NCBI GenBank assembly: GCA_038318385.1
Contig: JBBQCD010000001.1
Span: 14,164-78,163 of the forward strand
Reading direction: 5' to 3'
Length of the DNA stretch: 64,000 bases
Source of the DNA: Burkholderiales bacterium
Lineage (GTDB): Bacteria; Pseudomonadota; Gammaproteobacteria; Burkholderiales; Burkholderiaceae_C
Shown: one piece after another, positions 39,825 to 49,541 of the stretch
How positions within the stretch are numbered: position 1 is the stretch's first letter
Layout: every line of letters starts with the position of its first letter
Notes under the pieces: model-generated
Told to the model about the DNA's origin: nothing
The model's database searches: none
What the model saw: the letters and a program-made list of their open reading frames with translations, nothing else
Position numbers and translations under genes: made by a program

Positions 39825-40898
39825 TCACTCGCCCGAATCCAGCACCGCACCCCCTTCGGCACGCCAGCGAAGCATTCCGCCGGCCAGGTTCGCGACATCG
39901 CGAAGGCCGACCTTGCCGAGCATGGCCGCGGCCCGGGCCGAGCGGGCGCCGGATCGGCACACCGTGACCACTGGCCGGTCCGGTGCCAGCTCGGCGAGAC
40001 GCGACTCCAGTTGCCCGAGCGGGATCAATCGGGCGCCATCGATGTGGCCGAGCCCGGCGCTGAACTCGGCCGGCTCGCGCACGTCGACCAGCTGTACCTT
40101 GCCGAGCACTTCGGCCAGCGCCGTCGGGGTGATGTCCCACAGGCCCGCGAAGCTGTAGTCCAGACGTGCCCACTGCGGCTCGGCCGTCGGCAGCTCATCG
40201 CCGTCGGGCTCGCCGCAGCGCAGGTTGGCCGGAACCGCGATGTCCATCTTCTTCGGATGCGGCAGGCCGAGGTGATTCATGAAACCGGCGAAATCGACCT
40301 CGCCGACCTCGCCGCCGAGCCGGGGGTTGCTGCGCCGCTCCTCGTCGATGCTGCTGACGCTCATGCCGTTGTAGTCGTGCCCCGGATAGACGAGGCAATG
40401 CGCCGGCAGCGTGAACAGCTGCGCGTGCACGGAGCGGTACAGGCCGGCACTGCTGCCCTGCTGGAAATCGGTGCGCCCGCAACCCCGAATGAGGAGGCAG
40501 TCGCCGGTGAAGACCCGCGTCTCGTCGTCGAGCACATAGGAGAGGCATCCGTCGGTATGGCCGGGCGTGGCGCGCACCTGCAGGTGGCGCGAACCGAATT
40601 CCACGCGGTCCCCATGGCGCAACAGCCGGTCGGCGCCGCTGGCACCGCCGTCGGCCGACAAGGCGATGCCGCTGCCCAGGCGCTGTCGGTGCAGCCAGGC
40701 ACCGGTCACGTGGTCGGCATGCACATGCGTCTCGAGAGTCCACACCAGGCGCAGGCCGAGTTCGCGGATCAAGGTCTGGTCGCGCCGCATCTGCTCGAAC
40801 ACCGGATCGATCAGCACCGCTTCGCCGCTGTCGCTGTCGCCGAGCAGGTAGCTGTAGGTCGACGAGGTGGAATCGAACAGCTGGCGGAAGATCAGCAT
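39825..40898 (-). CDS. persulfide dioxygenase (ETHE1-like MBL fold) fused to a C-terminal rhodanese domain
   Basis: MLIFRQLFDSTSSTYSYLLGD, ETHVHADHVTG (HxHxDH), ATPGHTDG, YPGHDY. Rhodanese: VVTVCRSGARSARAA (CRSGxR active-site loop). The ATG at 40898 follows GGAGAA. Confidence 0.88.
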   Translation of the reverse strand: MLIFRQLFDSTSSTYSYLLGDSDSGEAVLIDPVFEQMRRDQTLIRELGLRLVWTLETHVHADHVTGAWLHRQRLGSGIALSADGGASGADRLLRHGDRVEFGSRHLQVRATPGHTDGCLSYVLDDETRVFTGDCLLIRGCGRTDFQQGSSAGLYRSVHAQLFTLPAHCLVYPGHDYNGMSVSSIDEERRSNPRLGGEVGEVDFAGFMNHLGLPHPKKMDIAVPANLRCGEPDGDELPTAEPQWARLDYSFAGLWDITPTALAEVLGKVQLVDVREPAEFSAGLGHIDGARLIPLGQLESRLAELAPDRPVVTVCRSGARSARAAAMLGKVGLRDVANLAGGMLRWRAEGGAVLDSGE

Positions 40899-41059
40899 GA
40901 GTGTTTCTCCACGGTGGAAGCACTCATTTTCCACCGGGTTGCGCGCCCCCGCCGCGTTCCGGCAGTCCGTTCCTGCGCGACGTCAACTCCGTGCGACATC
41001 GACGGGCAACCAGCTGTCGCGAAGATCACCTCGGCTGCATGGGGGCGGACCTCGTGGCT

Positions 41060-41863
41060 TCAGGTCGCGGAGGCGGCGTGGCGCCCTCTCCCTGCGTGCC
41101 AGCGCGCCAGGTAGGCCGACAAGGCCGCGAGCAGCGCCGCCAGCCACGCCAGCGCGTAGGCCCCTCCCGCGCCGACGATTGGCAGCAGCACGACCAGTGC
41201 GATGAAGAAGGCCACGAAGCCGAACACGCCCCACTGGAAGCCGCGCAGCAGCGCGGCCGTCGCCTCCGCGCCATGGCGCGGAAGCGTGAAGCAGGGCAGC
41301 ACGTTGCCATTGACCGGCAGGGCGAGCAGCAGGCCGCTGGCCAGCGCCGGCAACACCGCCGCGCCCTGGATGATGCCGGCGGCGAGGACGATCGCCACGA
41401 CGACGCGCAAACCGAGCTCCGCACGCGGGATCCGCACCATCGGCGTGGTGGCCCACGCGCCACCGCTGCCCGCCTGCGGTCGTATCGCCGCCAGGCCAAC
41501 GAGGGGCGCCAGCAGGGCCAGGGCGCACGTCGCCGCTGCCGGCAAGGCCAGGCCCGAAAGCACCCAGCCTCCCGCCACGAACATCAGGTTGGCCGCCAGC
41601 AGCGCCCCGGGCCACGGAAATCGGCGCGAGGCCCGCGCGAACGTCACCATGTGCAGGACCATCGCCGGAACGCACACCAGGGTGGCCAGCGCGATCGCCC
41701 GGGCCGGCTCGGCATGCTGCTCGAGCAGGACGAAGCCCATGATCGGCCCGGCGATCATCGGCATGCCGCCGAGCGTGCCGGAAACGCCGTGGCCGAAGCG
41801 GCGCGCCGCCAGCGAGGCGAGCAGGATCGACGCGGCGACGAGGACGAGCTTGAGCGCAAACAT
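41060..41863 (-). CDS. polytopic membrane protein of unknown family
   Basis: 267 aa and almost entirely hydrophobic, with about 7-8 helices. Codon usage is consistent with its neighbours. I recognise no family motif. Confidence 0.5.
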   Translation of the reverse strand: MFALKLVLVAASILLASLAARRFGHGVSGTLGGMPMIAGPIMGFVLLEQHAEPARAIALATLVCVPAMVLHMVTFARASRRFPWPGALLAANLMFVAGGWVLSGLALPAAATCALALLAPLVGLAAIRPQAGSGGAWATTPMVRIPRAELGLRVVVAIVLAAGIIQGAAVLPALASGLLLALPVNGNVLPCFTLPRHGAEATAALLRGFQWGVFGFVAFFIALVVLLPIVGAGGAYALAWLAALLAALSAYLARWHAGRGRHAASAT

Positions 41864-41872
41864 GCGCTGCGG

Positions 41873-42691
41873 TCACGCCGGCCGGCCAACGCCGAGGACA
41901 CGCGACAGGAAAGCGCGGGTGCGTTCGTGCCGCGGCCGCACGAGCACCTCTTGCGGCGACCCGGACTCGACGATAACGCCCCCGTCCATGAAGGCGACCC
42001 GATCGCCGGCGTCGCGTGCGAAGGCGATCTCGTGCGTGACCACGATCATCGTCATGCCGTCGTCCACCAGCCCGCGCATCACGCCCAGAACCTCGTCGAC
42101 GAGTTCGGGATCGAGGGCCGAGGTCGGCTCGTCGAACAGCATCAGCTTCGGGCCCATGGCCAGCGCGCGCGCGATCGCCACGCGCTGCTGCTGTCCGCCC
42201 GAAAGCTGGGCCGGATAGGCCGCGGCCTTGTCGCTCAGCCCGACGCGTTCGAGCAGCGCCAGCGCGCGCTCGGTGGCCTCGGCCCCGCCGATGCCCTTGA
42301 CGTGAACCGGCGCCTCGACGATGTTCTGCAGGACGGTCTGGTGCGCGAAGAGATTGAAGCGCTGGAAGACCATGCCGATCTGCGCGCGCTGGCGACAGAC
42401 GTCGTGCTCGGGCATCTCGTGCAAGCGCCCGCCGCGCTCGTGGTAGCCGATCAGTTCACCGTCGACCTCGATGCGTCCGGCCTGGATCTGCTCGAGGTGG
42501 TTGACGCAGCGCAGGAAGGTGCTCTTGCCCGAGCCCGACGGCCCGATCAGGCACAGCACCTCGCCGGACGCCACCTCGATGTCGACGCCCTTGAGGACTT
42601 CGAGCGTGCCGAAGCGCTTGTGGACGTCGACCGCGCGCACCATCGGACGACCCCCGGCGAACGCCGCGGATACCGCTTCAGCGCCGGCCAT
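41873..42691 (-). CDS. polar amino acid ABC transporter ATP-binding protein
   Basis: [15 protein letters not shown] (Walker A), [16 protein letters not shown] (signature), [14 protein letters not shown] (Walker B). The start may be the internal ATG at 42643. Confidence 0.93.
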   Translation of the reverse strand: MAGAEAVSAAFAGGRPMVRAVDVHKRFGTLEVLKGVDIEVASGEVLCLIGPSGSGKSTFLRCVNHLEQIQAGRIEVDGELIGYHERGGRLHEMPEHDVCRQRAQIGMVFQRFNLFAHQTVLQNIVEAPVHVKGIGGAEATERALALLERVGLSDKAAAYPAQLSGGQQQRVAIARALAMGPKLMLFDEPTSALDPELVDEVLGVMRGLVDDGMTMIVVTHEIAFARDAGDRVAFMDGGVIVESGSPQEVLVRPRHERTRAFLSRVLGVGRPA

Positions 42692-43484
42692 CGGATCTCG
42701 CCACCGAACGGCCGAGGCGGCGCTCGATGTAGTACTGACCCAGGCCGCTGACCGTGGTGAGCGTCAGGTACCAGAACGTCGCGACCAGCAGCAACTCGAT
42801 CGAGTGCAGGTTGGCCGAAGCGATGTTCTGAGCCGCCGTCAGCAGGTCGCCGCCGGCGATCACCGAGACCAGGGAGGTCGCCTTCAGCAGCGAGATGAAC
42901 TGGTTGCCCGCCGGCGGGATGATGACGCGCATCGCCTGGGGCAGGATGATGCGCCGCAGGGCAAGCAGGCGCGGCATGCCCAGGGCGGTCGCCGCTTCGT
43001 ACTGGCCGCGGTCGACGGCGAGGATGCCGGCGCGCACCACCTCGGCCATGTAGGCGGCCTCGTTCAAGGCCAGGGCGACGACCGAGGCCACGAACGGGGT
43101 CAGCAGCGTGTTGGTCTTGAACGGGCCGATAGTCTCGAACAGCAGCGCGAGATTGCCCCAGATGATGATCTGCACCAGCAACGGGGTGCCGCGCAGCAGC
43201 CAGGTGTAGAGGGCGCTGGCCAGGCGCAGCACGTGGCTGTCGGACAGCCGCATCACCGCGAGCAGGATTCCCAGCGTGAGACCGATGACCGCAGCGAGCA
43301 CCGCAAGGACCACCGTCGTCCGAAGGCCCGCCAGGATGGCCGGTGCGAACTGGTATTGCGGGATGACGGCGTGCGCGATGTTCGGGTTGCGCCACACCGA
43401 CATGGCGACCCAGGCGAGCAGCGCGATCACGACGGCGCTGCTCGCCCACAGCCCCGGACGGCGCAGTGGAACGACGCGGTCCAC
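42678..43484 (-). CDS. amino acid ABC transporter permease (His/Glu/Gln/Arg/opine family)
   Basis: [48 protein letters not shown] is the EAA loop of the HisM/GlnP-type family. Confidence 0.9.
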   Translation of the reverse strand: MDRVVPLRRPGLWASSAVVIALLAWVAMSVWRNPNIAHAVIPQYQFAPAILAGLRTTVVLAVLAAVIGLTLGILLAVMRLSDSHVLRLASALYTWLLRGTPLLVQIIIWGNLALLFETIGPFKTNTLLTPFVASVVALALNEAAYMAEVVRAGILAVDRGQYEAATALGMPRLLALRRIILPQAMRVIIPPAGNQFISLLKATSLVSVIAGGDLLTAAQNIASANLHSIELLLVATFWYLTLTTVSGLGQYYIERRLGRSVARSDGRR

Positions 43485-43488
43485 GGGC

Positions 43489-44352
43489 TCAGCGTCCGCC
43501 GTTGATCGTCGCCGTCTTGAGGGCCCCCGCCTCGACGCCGTGCTTCTCGAGGATCTTGCGGTAGGTGCCGTCGGCGATGAGGGCGTTCAGCGCCTTCTGC
43601 AGGGCATCGCGCAGGGCTGTGTCTTCCTTGGCGACGCCGATGCCCAGCGGCAACGGCTGGTATTCCTTGTCGCGCACGACGTCGAATATCTTGCCGTCCC
43701 CTGCGGTGGCCGCGAGGTAGACCATCACCGGTGAGTTGCCCAGGAAGGCCGCCACCCGGCCGGTCTGAACCTGCATCCGCGCATCCGCGGGCTGCGCGTA
43801 CTGAAGATTCTCGATGGCCGGCTTGCCCGCGGCGGTGCACTTCGCGCTGTACTCGGCGACCAGCGCGAGTTGCGTCGATCCCTGCACCGTGGCAACGGTC
43901 TTGCCGCACGTCGATTCGAGGCCCTGCACCCCCTCCGGGTTGCCCTTCTTCACCAGCAGCTTCGTGCCGAGGTCGTAGAAGTCGACGAAGTCGAGAAGCT
44001 TCTGGCGCTCGGGGGTGTCGTTCATCATGCTGAAGACGATGTCGATCTTCTTGGCCTGCATCGCCGGCAGCAGGCCCGGGAATGGAATCGACGTGAAGAC
44101 GATCGTGCGACCCAGCGGCTTGCTCATGGCAGCGGCCAAGTCGACGATGGCGCCCTGCAGGGTGGTGCCGTCCGAGGCATAGGAGATCATCGGCGGGCTG
44201 TTGGTGAGCGAGCCGGCCTTGATCTCGTCGGCGGCCCGGGCGGGCGCCGTGGAGACGAGCAGGGCCAGCCAGGCGCCGCCGAGGAGGCAGGTGCGCAAAG
44301 CCGCGCCAGCGGCGCGGCGCAGAGACGGACGGTACGGGGCGAAGGTCGACAT
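43489..44352 (-). CDS. amino acid ABC transporter periplasmic substrate-binding protein (SBP family 3)
   Basis: The ATG at 44352 follows GGAGAA. It has a signal peptide ending APARA. Also GLLPAMQAKKIDIVFSMMNDTPERQKLLDFVDFY, GIGVAKEDTALRDALQKAL. Confidence 0.88.
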   Translation of the reverse strand: MSTFAPYRPSLRRAAGAALRTCLLGGAWLALLVSTAPARAADEIKAGSLTNSPPMISYASDGTTLQGAIVDLAAAMSKPLGRTIVFTSIPFPGLLPAMQAKKIDIVFSMMNDTPERQKLLDFVDFYDLGTKLLVKKGNPEGVQGLESTCGKTVATVQGSTQLALVAEYSAKCTAAGKPAIENLQYAQPADARMQVQTGRVAAFLGNSPVMVYLAATAGDGKIFDVVRDKEYQPLPLGIGVAKEDTALRDALQKALNALIADGTYRKILEKHGVEAGALKTATINGGR

Positions 44353-44406
44353 GGGGTTCTCCGTGGCGCAATGGTGTTGCGGATTCTGCGGCACGCCGCG
44401 GGGCTG

Positions 44407-44450
44407 CCCTGCCGCCCCTGCTCCTGCCGTCCCTGCCGCCCCCTGCCGCC
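44407..44450. repeat. short C-rich decamer repeat (CCCTGCCGCC x3 plus degenerate copies) in the leader of the ABC operon
   Basis: Perfect copies at 44407-44416, 44431-44440 and 44441-44450. Confidence 0.8.
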
Positions 44451-44462
44451 CCAGATCGACGA

Positions 44463-44993
44463 TCAGTCGATATCGCCTTTGGCCGGGGGGCGCTTCTTGC
44501 CGCTGAACATCGACGCGACCAGGTTCTCGCGATGACGCCGGCTCGCATGAACCACGCCGCCGACGTGCAGCGCGACGAGGCCGACGATGCTCCACGCGAA
44601 ACCCGTGTGCAGCGCCTCGACGGTCGCGTCGCCCCAGAGCCAGTCGGTGGTGTAGAGCCAGCCGGTGAGCGCCAGCGCGACGACGCAGCCGAGCAGACCG
44701 AGGATCATCCAGCCGCCGAGCGGGTTGTGGCCGAGATGCCGCGGCTCGCGTCCCCGCAACAGCAGTCGCGCATGCCGAAGCGTCGTCGCCGGCCCGCGGA
44801 TGAAGTCAGCAAAGCGGGCGCGGCGCGGGCCGATGCATCCCCATGCGATGCGGGCGCAGACCAGCGTAAGCGCGGCATAGCCGACCGCCTGATGCCAGCG
44901 GACAAGCCATTCCGTCGTCGCCCAGCCGAAGCCGACCGCAGCGGCGAGTGCCCAGTGGAGAAGGCGGACCGCCGGATCCCAGACGCGGATCAA
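44463..44993 (-). CDS. cytochrome b561-like membrane protein (PF01292 type)
   Basis: VWDPAVRLLHWALAAAVGFGW, HNPLGGWMILGLL, ALHTGFAWSIVGLVALHVGGVV. Four helices with paired His residues. Confidence 0.8.
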   Translation of the reverse strand: MIRVWDPAVRLLHWALAAAVGFGWATTEWLVRWHQAVGYAALTLVCARIAWGCIGPRRARFADFIRGPATTLRHARLLLRGREPRHLGHNPLGGWMILGLLGCVVALALTGWLYTTDWLWGDATVEALHTGFAWSIVGLVALHVGGVVHASRRHRENLVASMFSGKKRPPAKGDID

Positions 44994-45000
44994 CGCCGCC

Positions 45001-45276
45001 TCAATTGGGTGCGGTCACCACCTCGAGCGTCTTCGGATGGAAGAAGGTCTCGACCTTGTTGTTCTTCTCGTCGCGGCCGTAGACCTCGTAGCAGCCGTTC
45101 TCGATCTTGACGCGGCTGATCTTCCAGCCCCGGTCGGTGAGCTTGCGCTCGAGCTCGGCCTGCGGCTTCCATTCGGCCTTCGGGACCGGGTCGCATTTCT
45201 CGGCATGCTGGGCGTGAACAGTGGCGCTGCAAGCAAGGGCAGCCAGCGTGGCGAGGGTGGGGAGCGTGCGGGTCAT
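45001..45276 (-). CDS. PepSY-domain periplasmic protein
   Basis: Signal peptide MTRTLPTLATLAALACSATVHA. Also KLTDRGWKISRVKIENGCYEVYGRDEKNNKVETFFHPKTLEV. It is paired with the downstream cytochrome b561, a common gene pair. Confidence 0.75.
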   Translation of the reverse strand: MTRTLPTLATLAALACSATVHAQHAEKCDPVPKAEWKPQAELERKLTDRGWKISRVKIENGCYEVYGRDEKNNKVETFFHPKTLEVVTAPN

Positions 45277-45473
45277 CGGAGTTCCTTTCGCGATTTTGAA
45301 AGTCGGGTGCATGGCGAGGCCCGATGCTAGCAGTCAATAAGAATGATTCTCATTAAGACATTCCCCAATCGGGCTTCCGAACCGCAGAGCCGCAGTCAGC
45401 GCCGTGCCGCGGTAAGGGCGTCGATCCCGGTGGCGCAGGGCCTGCTAGGATCGCCCCGCCTCCTTCGCCCTCC

Positions 45474-46820
45474 ATGACCCTGCCGCGCCGGTTCGACGCC
45501 CGCGAACGTCGTGCCCTCGCCGCCATCTTCCTGGCCGCGGCGCTCACGTCGCTCGACATCGCCATCGCCAACACCGCCCTGCCGGCGATCGCCGCGGCGG
45601 TGAACGCGTCGCCGGCCGATTCGATCTGGGTCGTCAACGCCTACCAGCTCGCCGTGGTGGCGGTGCTGCTGCCCTTCGCCGCCCTCGGCGACAGGATCGG
45701 CGCCCGCCGCGTCTACATCGGCGGCATGGCGCTGTTCGTGCTCGCCTCGCTGGGCTGCGCACTGGCGGACACGCTGGCGACGCTGGCCGTTGCGCGCGCG
45801 CTGCAAGGCATCGGTGCCGGTGCGCTGATGGCCGTCAACATCGCACTGGTGCGCATGATCTACCCGGCCGAACACCTCGGCCGCGGTGTCGGACTGAACG
45901 CGCTGGTGGTCGGCGTCGCCTTCTCGGCCGGCCCGACGATCGCGTCGCTGGTGCTCGCGGTGGCCTCCTGGCCATGGCTGTTCGCCGTCAACGTGCCGAT
46001 CGGCGCCCTCGCCTATGCACTCGCGCGCAACGCGCTGCCGCATGCGCAACCGCGCGGCCAGCGCTTCGATCCCGTCACGGCAGTACTCACGGCGACCACC
46101 TTCGCCGCGCTCATCTTCGGCCTGAGCGCCGCGGCGCAACGCGAGCCCTGGCCGCTGGTGGCAACGCCGCTGGTCGCCGCGCTCGGTGCGGGCGCATTGC
46201 TGTTGCGCCGTCAGGCCGGCGACGCGGCGCCGATGCTGCCGGTGGACCTGCTGCGCCGGCCGCTCTTCGCGCTCTCGGCGCTGACGTCGACCTGTTCGTT
46301 CACGACCCAGGGCCTGGCCTTCGTCGCCCTGCCGTTCTATTTCGAGGGCGTGCTGCATCGCGATCCGGTCGAGACCGGTTTCCTGATCTCGCCCTGGCCG
46401 ATCGTCGTGGCGATTGCCGCGCCCCTGGCCGGACGACTCTCGGACCGCTACCCCCCGGGGGCCCTCGGTGGCGCGGGTCTCGCCGTCCTCAGCGTCGGCA
46501 TGGCGTCGCTCGCCTGGATGCCGGCCGCGCCGTCGGTCGCCGACATCGTCGTGCGGATGACGATCTGCGGCGCCGGCTTCGGCTTCTTCCAGTCGCCCAA
46601 CCTGCGCGCACTGATGGCCAGCGCGCCGCCGGAACGCAGCGGCGGTGCCAGCGGCGTCATCGCGATCGCCCGGCTGATCGGCCAGACCACCGGCGCCGCG
46701 CTGGTTGCGCTGTGCTTCGGCCTGGCCGGCGGAGCGGGGCCGACCTGGGCGCTCGGCCTGGGCGCGGTGTTCGCGGCGATCGCGTCCGCCGCCAGCACGG
46801 CCCGGCTCTGGGCACGCTGA
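45474..46820 (+). CDS. MFS transporter (drug:H+ antiporter-like)
   Basis: LDIAIANTALPAIA, LGDRIGARRVY (motif A-like), GIGAGALMAV. About 12-14 TM helices. Confidence 0.87.
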   Translation: MTLPRRFDARERRALAAIFLAAALTSLDIAIANTALPAIAAAVNASPADSIWVVNAYQLAVVAVLLPFAALGDRIGARRVYIGGMALFVLASLGCALADTLATLAVARALQGIGAGALMAVNIALVRMIYPAEHLGRGVGLNALVVGVAFSAGPTIASLVLAVASWPWLFAVNVPIGALAYALARNALPHAQPRGQRFDPVTAVLTATTFAALIFGLSAAAQREPWPLVATPLVAALGAGALLLRRQAGDAAPMLPVDLLRRPLFALSALTSTCSFTTQGLAFVALPFYFEGVLHRDPVETGFLISPWPIVVAIAAPLAGRLSDRYPPGALGGAGLAVLSVGMASLAWMPAAPSVADIVVRMTICGAGFGFFQSPNLRALMASAPPERSGGASGVIAIARLIGQTTGAALVALCFGLAGGAGPTWALGLGAVFAAIASAASTARLWAR

Positions 46821-46944
46821 GCGTCAACGCAGGCCGCTGAAGCCACGATCTCCGCCGCATGCGGAGGGGCGTGGTCTATCGCAGAGCCGACACCCGCGAA
46901 GGGCGTGCGGCGACGGCCGTGGCCCCGTCGACGGGGGCCCCCGG

Positions 46945-48102
46945 TCAGGCCGCGGCGCGGGCGGCGGGATTGCCCGCGAGGATGCGCTTTAGAGCCGCTT
47001 CCAGATGGGCGACGCTGCGGTCGGTGTGATGCAGCTTGTCGAGGCCGAACAGGCCGACGCGGAAGGTCCTGAAGTCGGCCGGCTCGTCGCACTTCAGCGG
47101 CACGCCGGCAGCGGTCTGCAGCCCTTCGCCGATGAACGCCTTGGCGCTGCTGAGGCCCTCGTCGTCGGTGTAGCTGACGACCACGCCCGGTGCCTGGAAG
47201 CCATCGGCGGCGACGCTGGGCAGACCGTTGGCCACCATCATCCTGCGGACCTTGCTGCCGAGCTCGATCTGTTCGGCGCGCAGCTTCTCGAAACCGTAGG
47301 CGCGGGTCTCCAGCATCGCATCGCGGGTCTTCGCCAGCGCGTCGGTGGGCATCGTCGCGTGATAGGCGTGCCCCCCGCCTTCGTAGGCTTCCATGATCTG
47401 CAGCCATTTCTTCAGGTCAGCCGCGTAGCTGGTGCTGCGGGTGGCGTCGATCGCCGCGCGGGCGCGCTCGCCGAGCATCACGAACGCGCAACACGGCGAC
47501 CCGCTCCAGCCCTTCTGCGGTGCGCTGATCAGCACGTCGACGCCGCTCGCCTGCATGTCGACCCACATCGCGCCCGAAGCGATGCAGTCGAGCACGAAGA
47601 GACCGCCGCCCGCATGCACCGCATCGGCGACCGTGCGCAGATAGGCATCGGGCAGCAGGATGCCCGACGAGGTCTCGACGTGCGGCGCGAAGACCACCGC
47701 AGGCTTGTGCTCGCGGATCGCGGCCACGACCTCCTCCACCGGCGGGGGCGCAAAGGCTGCCTGGCGACCGTGCTTGACCGGTCGCGCCTTGAGCACGAAC
47801 TGCTGCGACGGGATCTGGCCCATGTCGAGGATCTCCGTCCAGCGGAAGCTGAACCAGCCGTTGCGGATCACGAGCACGCGCTTTCCGGTCGCGAACTGCC
47901 GCGCGACCGCTTCCATGCCGAAGGTGCCGCTGCCCGGAACCACGATGGCCGAATGCGCGCGATACACCTCCTTCAACGTGCTGGAGATGTCGCGCATCAC
48001 GCCCTGGAAGCGGCGCGACATGTGGTTCAGCGCGCGGTCGGTGAAGACGACCGAGTATTCGAGCAGGCCGTCGGGATCGATGTCTTGGAGGAGTGCGGGC
48101 AT
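46945..48102 (-). CDS. class V aminotransferase-fold PLP enzyme (alanine-glyoxylate/serine-pyruvate aminotransferase-like)
   Basis: VVPGSGTFGMEA, FAPHVETSSGILLP, LISAPQKGWSGSPC (PLP lysine context). The start is ATG 48102 or ATG 48147. Confidence 0.82.
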   Translation of the reverse strand: MPALLQDIDPDGLLEYSVVFTDRALNHMSRRFQGVMRDISSTLKEVYRAHSAIVVPGSGTFGMEAVARQFATGKRVLVIRNGWFSFRWTEILDMGQIPSQQFVLKARPVKHGRQAAFAPPPVEEVVAAIREHKPAVVFAPHVETSSGILLPDAYLRTVADAVHAGGGLFVLDCIASGAMWVDMQASGVDVLISAPQKGWSGSPCCAFVMLGERARAAIDATRSTSYAADLKKWLQIMEAYEGGGHAYHATMPTDALAKTRDAMLETRAYGFEKLRAEQIELGSKVRRMMVANGLPSVAADGFQAPGVVVSYTDDEGLSSAKAFIGEGLQTAAGVPLKCDEPADFRTFRVGLFGLDKLHHTDRSVAHLEAALKRILAGNPAARAAA

Positions 48103-48206
48103 GGCGGTCTTTCGGTGTTCGGGGAAGCTTAGCACCCGCTCGATCATCCCGTAATCGAGCGCTCCGCGGTGCCCCCTGGACAGGGGACCCGGATCGCTGC
48201 GGCCAC

Positions 48207-48908
48207 TCAAGGCGATTCGGGTCGGGCGCGTCTCTTCGGCCTCGTCGGCGGCTTCGCATCGGGCGCAATGCGCAAGCCCGCCAGCTGGCGTTCCAGCATC
48301 GGCGCCACCGTCTCGCGCAGCAGGGCCTCCCGCCCCCCCGGCGGCTCGATCGCGTCGAACTGCCCCGCCAGCGCGAGGTGTGCGAAGCCGTGCACCACCG
48401 ACCACACGGACACCAGCACCTGCCACTGCGCCGGCGTCAGCGGCGGCCCCGGCGGCACCTCGATCAATGCGCGCACGCCACCCTCGAGAGCCAGGAAGGC
48501 CTCGTGAGCGCTGCGCTCCAGTTCCGCGCTCTTGCACAAGGTGCTCCGAAACATCAGGCCGAAGCGCCCTGGATATTGCAGCGCGAAGCCGACGTAGCCA
48601 ACGCCCTGCTCGCGCAGCCGGGCTACCGGATCGTCGCCGCCGCGAGCGTTGCCCGCCAGCAGCGCCGCCGTCAAGCCGTCGAAGGCCTGCGTGGCGACGG
48701 CAGTCAGCAGCCCGTCGATGTCGCCGAAGTGATGCGCCGGCGCAGCAGGCGACACCCCGGAGCGGCGGGCGACCTCGCGCAGGGAGAAGCCCTCCAGGCC
48801 TCGCTCTGCGAGCAGGCCCTCGCTGGCCTCGATCAGTGCCGCGCGCAGATCGCCGTGGTGATACGCGTCTCGGGACGGAGCCGCGGCGCGTCGGGGGGTT
48901 TTCGGCAT
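48207..48908 (-). CDS. TetR/AcrR-family transcriptional regulator
   Basis: HHGDLRAALIEASEGLLAERGLEGFSLREVARRSGVSPAAPAHHFGD is a TetR HTH. I prefer the ATG at 48908. Confidence 0.88.
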   Translation of the reverse strand: MPKTPRRAAAPSRDAYHHGDLRAALIEASEGLLAERGLEGFSLREVARRSGVSPAAPAHHFGDIDGLLTAVATQAFDGLTAALLAGNARGGDDPVARLREQGVGYVGFALQYPGRFGLMFRSTLCKSAELERSAHEAFLALEGGVRALIEVPPGPPLTPAQWQVLVSVWSVVHGFAHLALAGQFDAIEPPGGREALLRETVAPMLERQLAGLRIAPDAKPPTRPKRRARPESP

Positions 48909-49027
48909 TGCACCTGATGAGTGGGTGGGAAGTCGATCAAAACTTGACACTGATCAAATCATATCTTAACATAATCTTGACAGTGTTTGGTTCAAGCCTG
49001 ACCACATCGTTCCGCCAAGGAGTTGCC

Positions 49028-49489
49028 GTGTCCCTGACGTATCTGATCGATCCCGAGCGTCTGTTCTCCTTCGGCAGCTCGCTGGCGATGCTGGCCTGGC
49101 TGGCGCTCGCCGCGTCACCGGCTGCGGCCCCCTGGGCGCCGCGGGTGCGCTTCGTCGCGGGGCGCGTGCTGCCATTGTTGCTGGCCATGGGCTATGCAGC
49201 CCTGTTCGCCAGCCACGGCATGGGGGACGGCGGCTTCGGTTCGATAGCCGCCGTCCAGCGCCTCTTCGCTTCACCGCCATTGCTCGTCGCCGGCTGGCTG
49301 CACTACCTCGCCTTCGACCTGTTCGTCGGTGCCTGGATCGCCGAACGAGCCGCCGCAATCCACCTGCCGCACGCGCTGGTGCTCCCGCTGCTCGCCTTGA
49401 CCTTCCTTTTCGGACCGTCCGGATTCCTGGCGTTTGCCGGGGTTCGCCTTCTGTGGAGACGTCGCCCTCGCGACCCCGTGCCGATCTGA
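49028..49489 (+). CDS. ABA4-like / DUF4281-family membrane protein
   Basis: The GTG at 49028 lies 6 nt after AAGGAG. LFSFGSSLAMLAWLALAASP...AGWLHYLAFDLFVGAWI is typical of DUF4281. Confidence 0.68.
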   Translation: MSLTYLIDPERLFSFGSSLAMLAWLALAASPAAAPWAPRVRFVAGRVLPLLLAMGYAALFASHGMGDGGFGSIAAVQRLFASPPLLVAGWLHYLAFDLFVGAWIAERAAAIHLPHALVLPLLALTFLFGPSGFLAFAGVRLLWRRRPRDPVPI

Positions 49490-49541
49490 ATCGACAGCAC
49501 GTCCGTCTTTCCACGACAGACCCCTGCACGCGGAGATCGCG

